Of a stretch of DNA of 44,564 bases, positions 44,419 to 44,564 are shown one piece after another; the first letter of the stretch is position 1, and each line of letters opens with the position of its first letter. The stretch is from Candidatus Limadaptatus stercorigallinarum. GTDB taxonomy: Bacteria > Bacillota > Clostridia > Christensenellales > CAG-917. Made by a program: the position numbers and the translations under genes. The stretch covers positions 1-44,564 of the forward strand of contig DVMN01000053.1 in the NCBI GenBank assembly GCA_018714975.1, written 5' to 3'. The notes beneath the pieces were generated by a model. It had not been told where the DNA came from, searched no databases, and worked only from the letters and a program-made list of their open reading frames with translations.

Positions 44419-44564
44419 ATGTATTACGACCCGCTTCGCGACAAGACGCCTTACGGGGCGGCGGCGTCGGGACAGCCGACGACGTTCAGGTTTACGCTGC
44501 CTTCGGCCGAAAAGGCGGACAAGGTGACCGTCATACTCCGCAGGGGCACGGAGGAATTCCGCGC
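44419..44564 (+). CDS. 5' end of a gene running off the right edge (MYYDPLRDKTPYGAAASGQPTTFRFTLPS...)
   Basis: AAGGAGA lies 6 nt before the ATG. The N-terminus resembles the Ig-like N-domain of GH13 enzymes, which would fit the glycogen context. Only 48 codons are visible. Confidence 0.45.
   Translation, partial: MYYDPLRDKTPYGAAASGQPTTFRFTLPSAEKADKVTVILRRGTEEFR

Overview
This is a GC-rich chromosomal segment of Gram-positive (Clostridia-like) type. Supporting signs are GGAGG Shine-Dalgarno sites, glgD, the ArgJ-type arginine route and lipobox lipoproteins. Most of it is core metabolism. There is a complete arginine cluster argG-argH-argC-argJ-argB-argD-argF (12.4-20.3 kb) behind a canonical promoter and an AT-rich ARG-box-like array. 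There is a Na+-translocating biotin-dependent decarboxylase operon with a separate carboxyltransferase and biotin carrier, followed by birA (28.3-32.5 kb). There is a glycogen operon glgB-glgC-glgD-glgA-glgP (35.9-44.3 kb). Other genes are mgsA, a YbaK-like deacylase, GtrA-like and MATE membrane proteins, a stand-alone GMP synthase ATP-pyrophosphatase subunit, two GPH-family symporters, a fused MacB-type ABC transporter, ispE, a metallophosphoesterase, an SGNH lipoprotein, tRNA-Ala(CGC) and a decayed tyrosine integrase next to it. I see no recognisable defence, toxin or secretion system, and no CRISPR or rRNA. The unusual content is mainly non-coding or small. (1) Six 46-bp-period hairpin units fill the glgD-glgA spacer, and their stems covary. 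(2) A three-gene lipoprotein family (0.4-2.6 kb) shares an almost identical 5' module of hairpin, 17-codon upstream ORF and signal peptide, but has diverged mature domains; a 51-codon signal-peptide ORF is missing from the ORF track. (3) A perfect 32-bp inverted repeat lies just upstream of that family. (4) Four TAAGAAWTCTTA palindromes lie between a small XRE regulator and a PH-domain protein. (5) An exact 12-mer is shared by three minus-strand promoter regions. (6) A roughly 400-bp gene-free, strongly structured region ends in a terminator. (7) A ~99-bp tandem repeat and a 9-bp microsatellite lie between convergent genes. Long arginine-rich ORFs antisense to the real genes are GC-driven shadow ORFs and were ignored.
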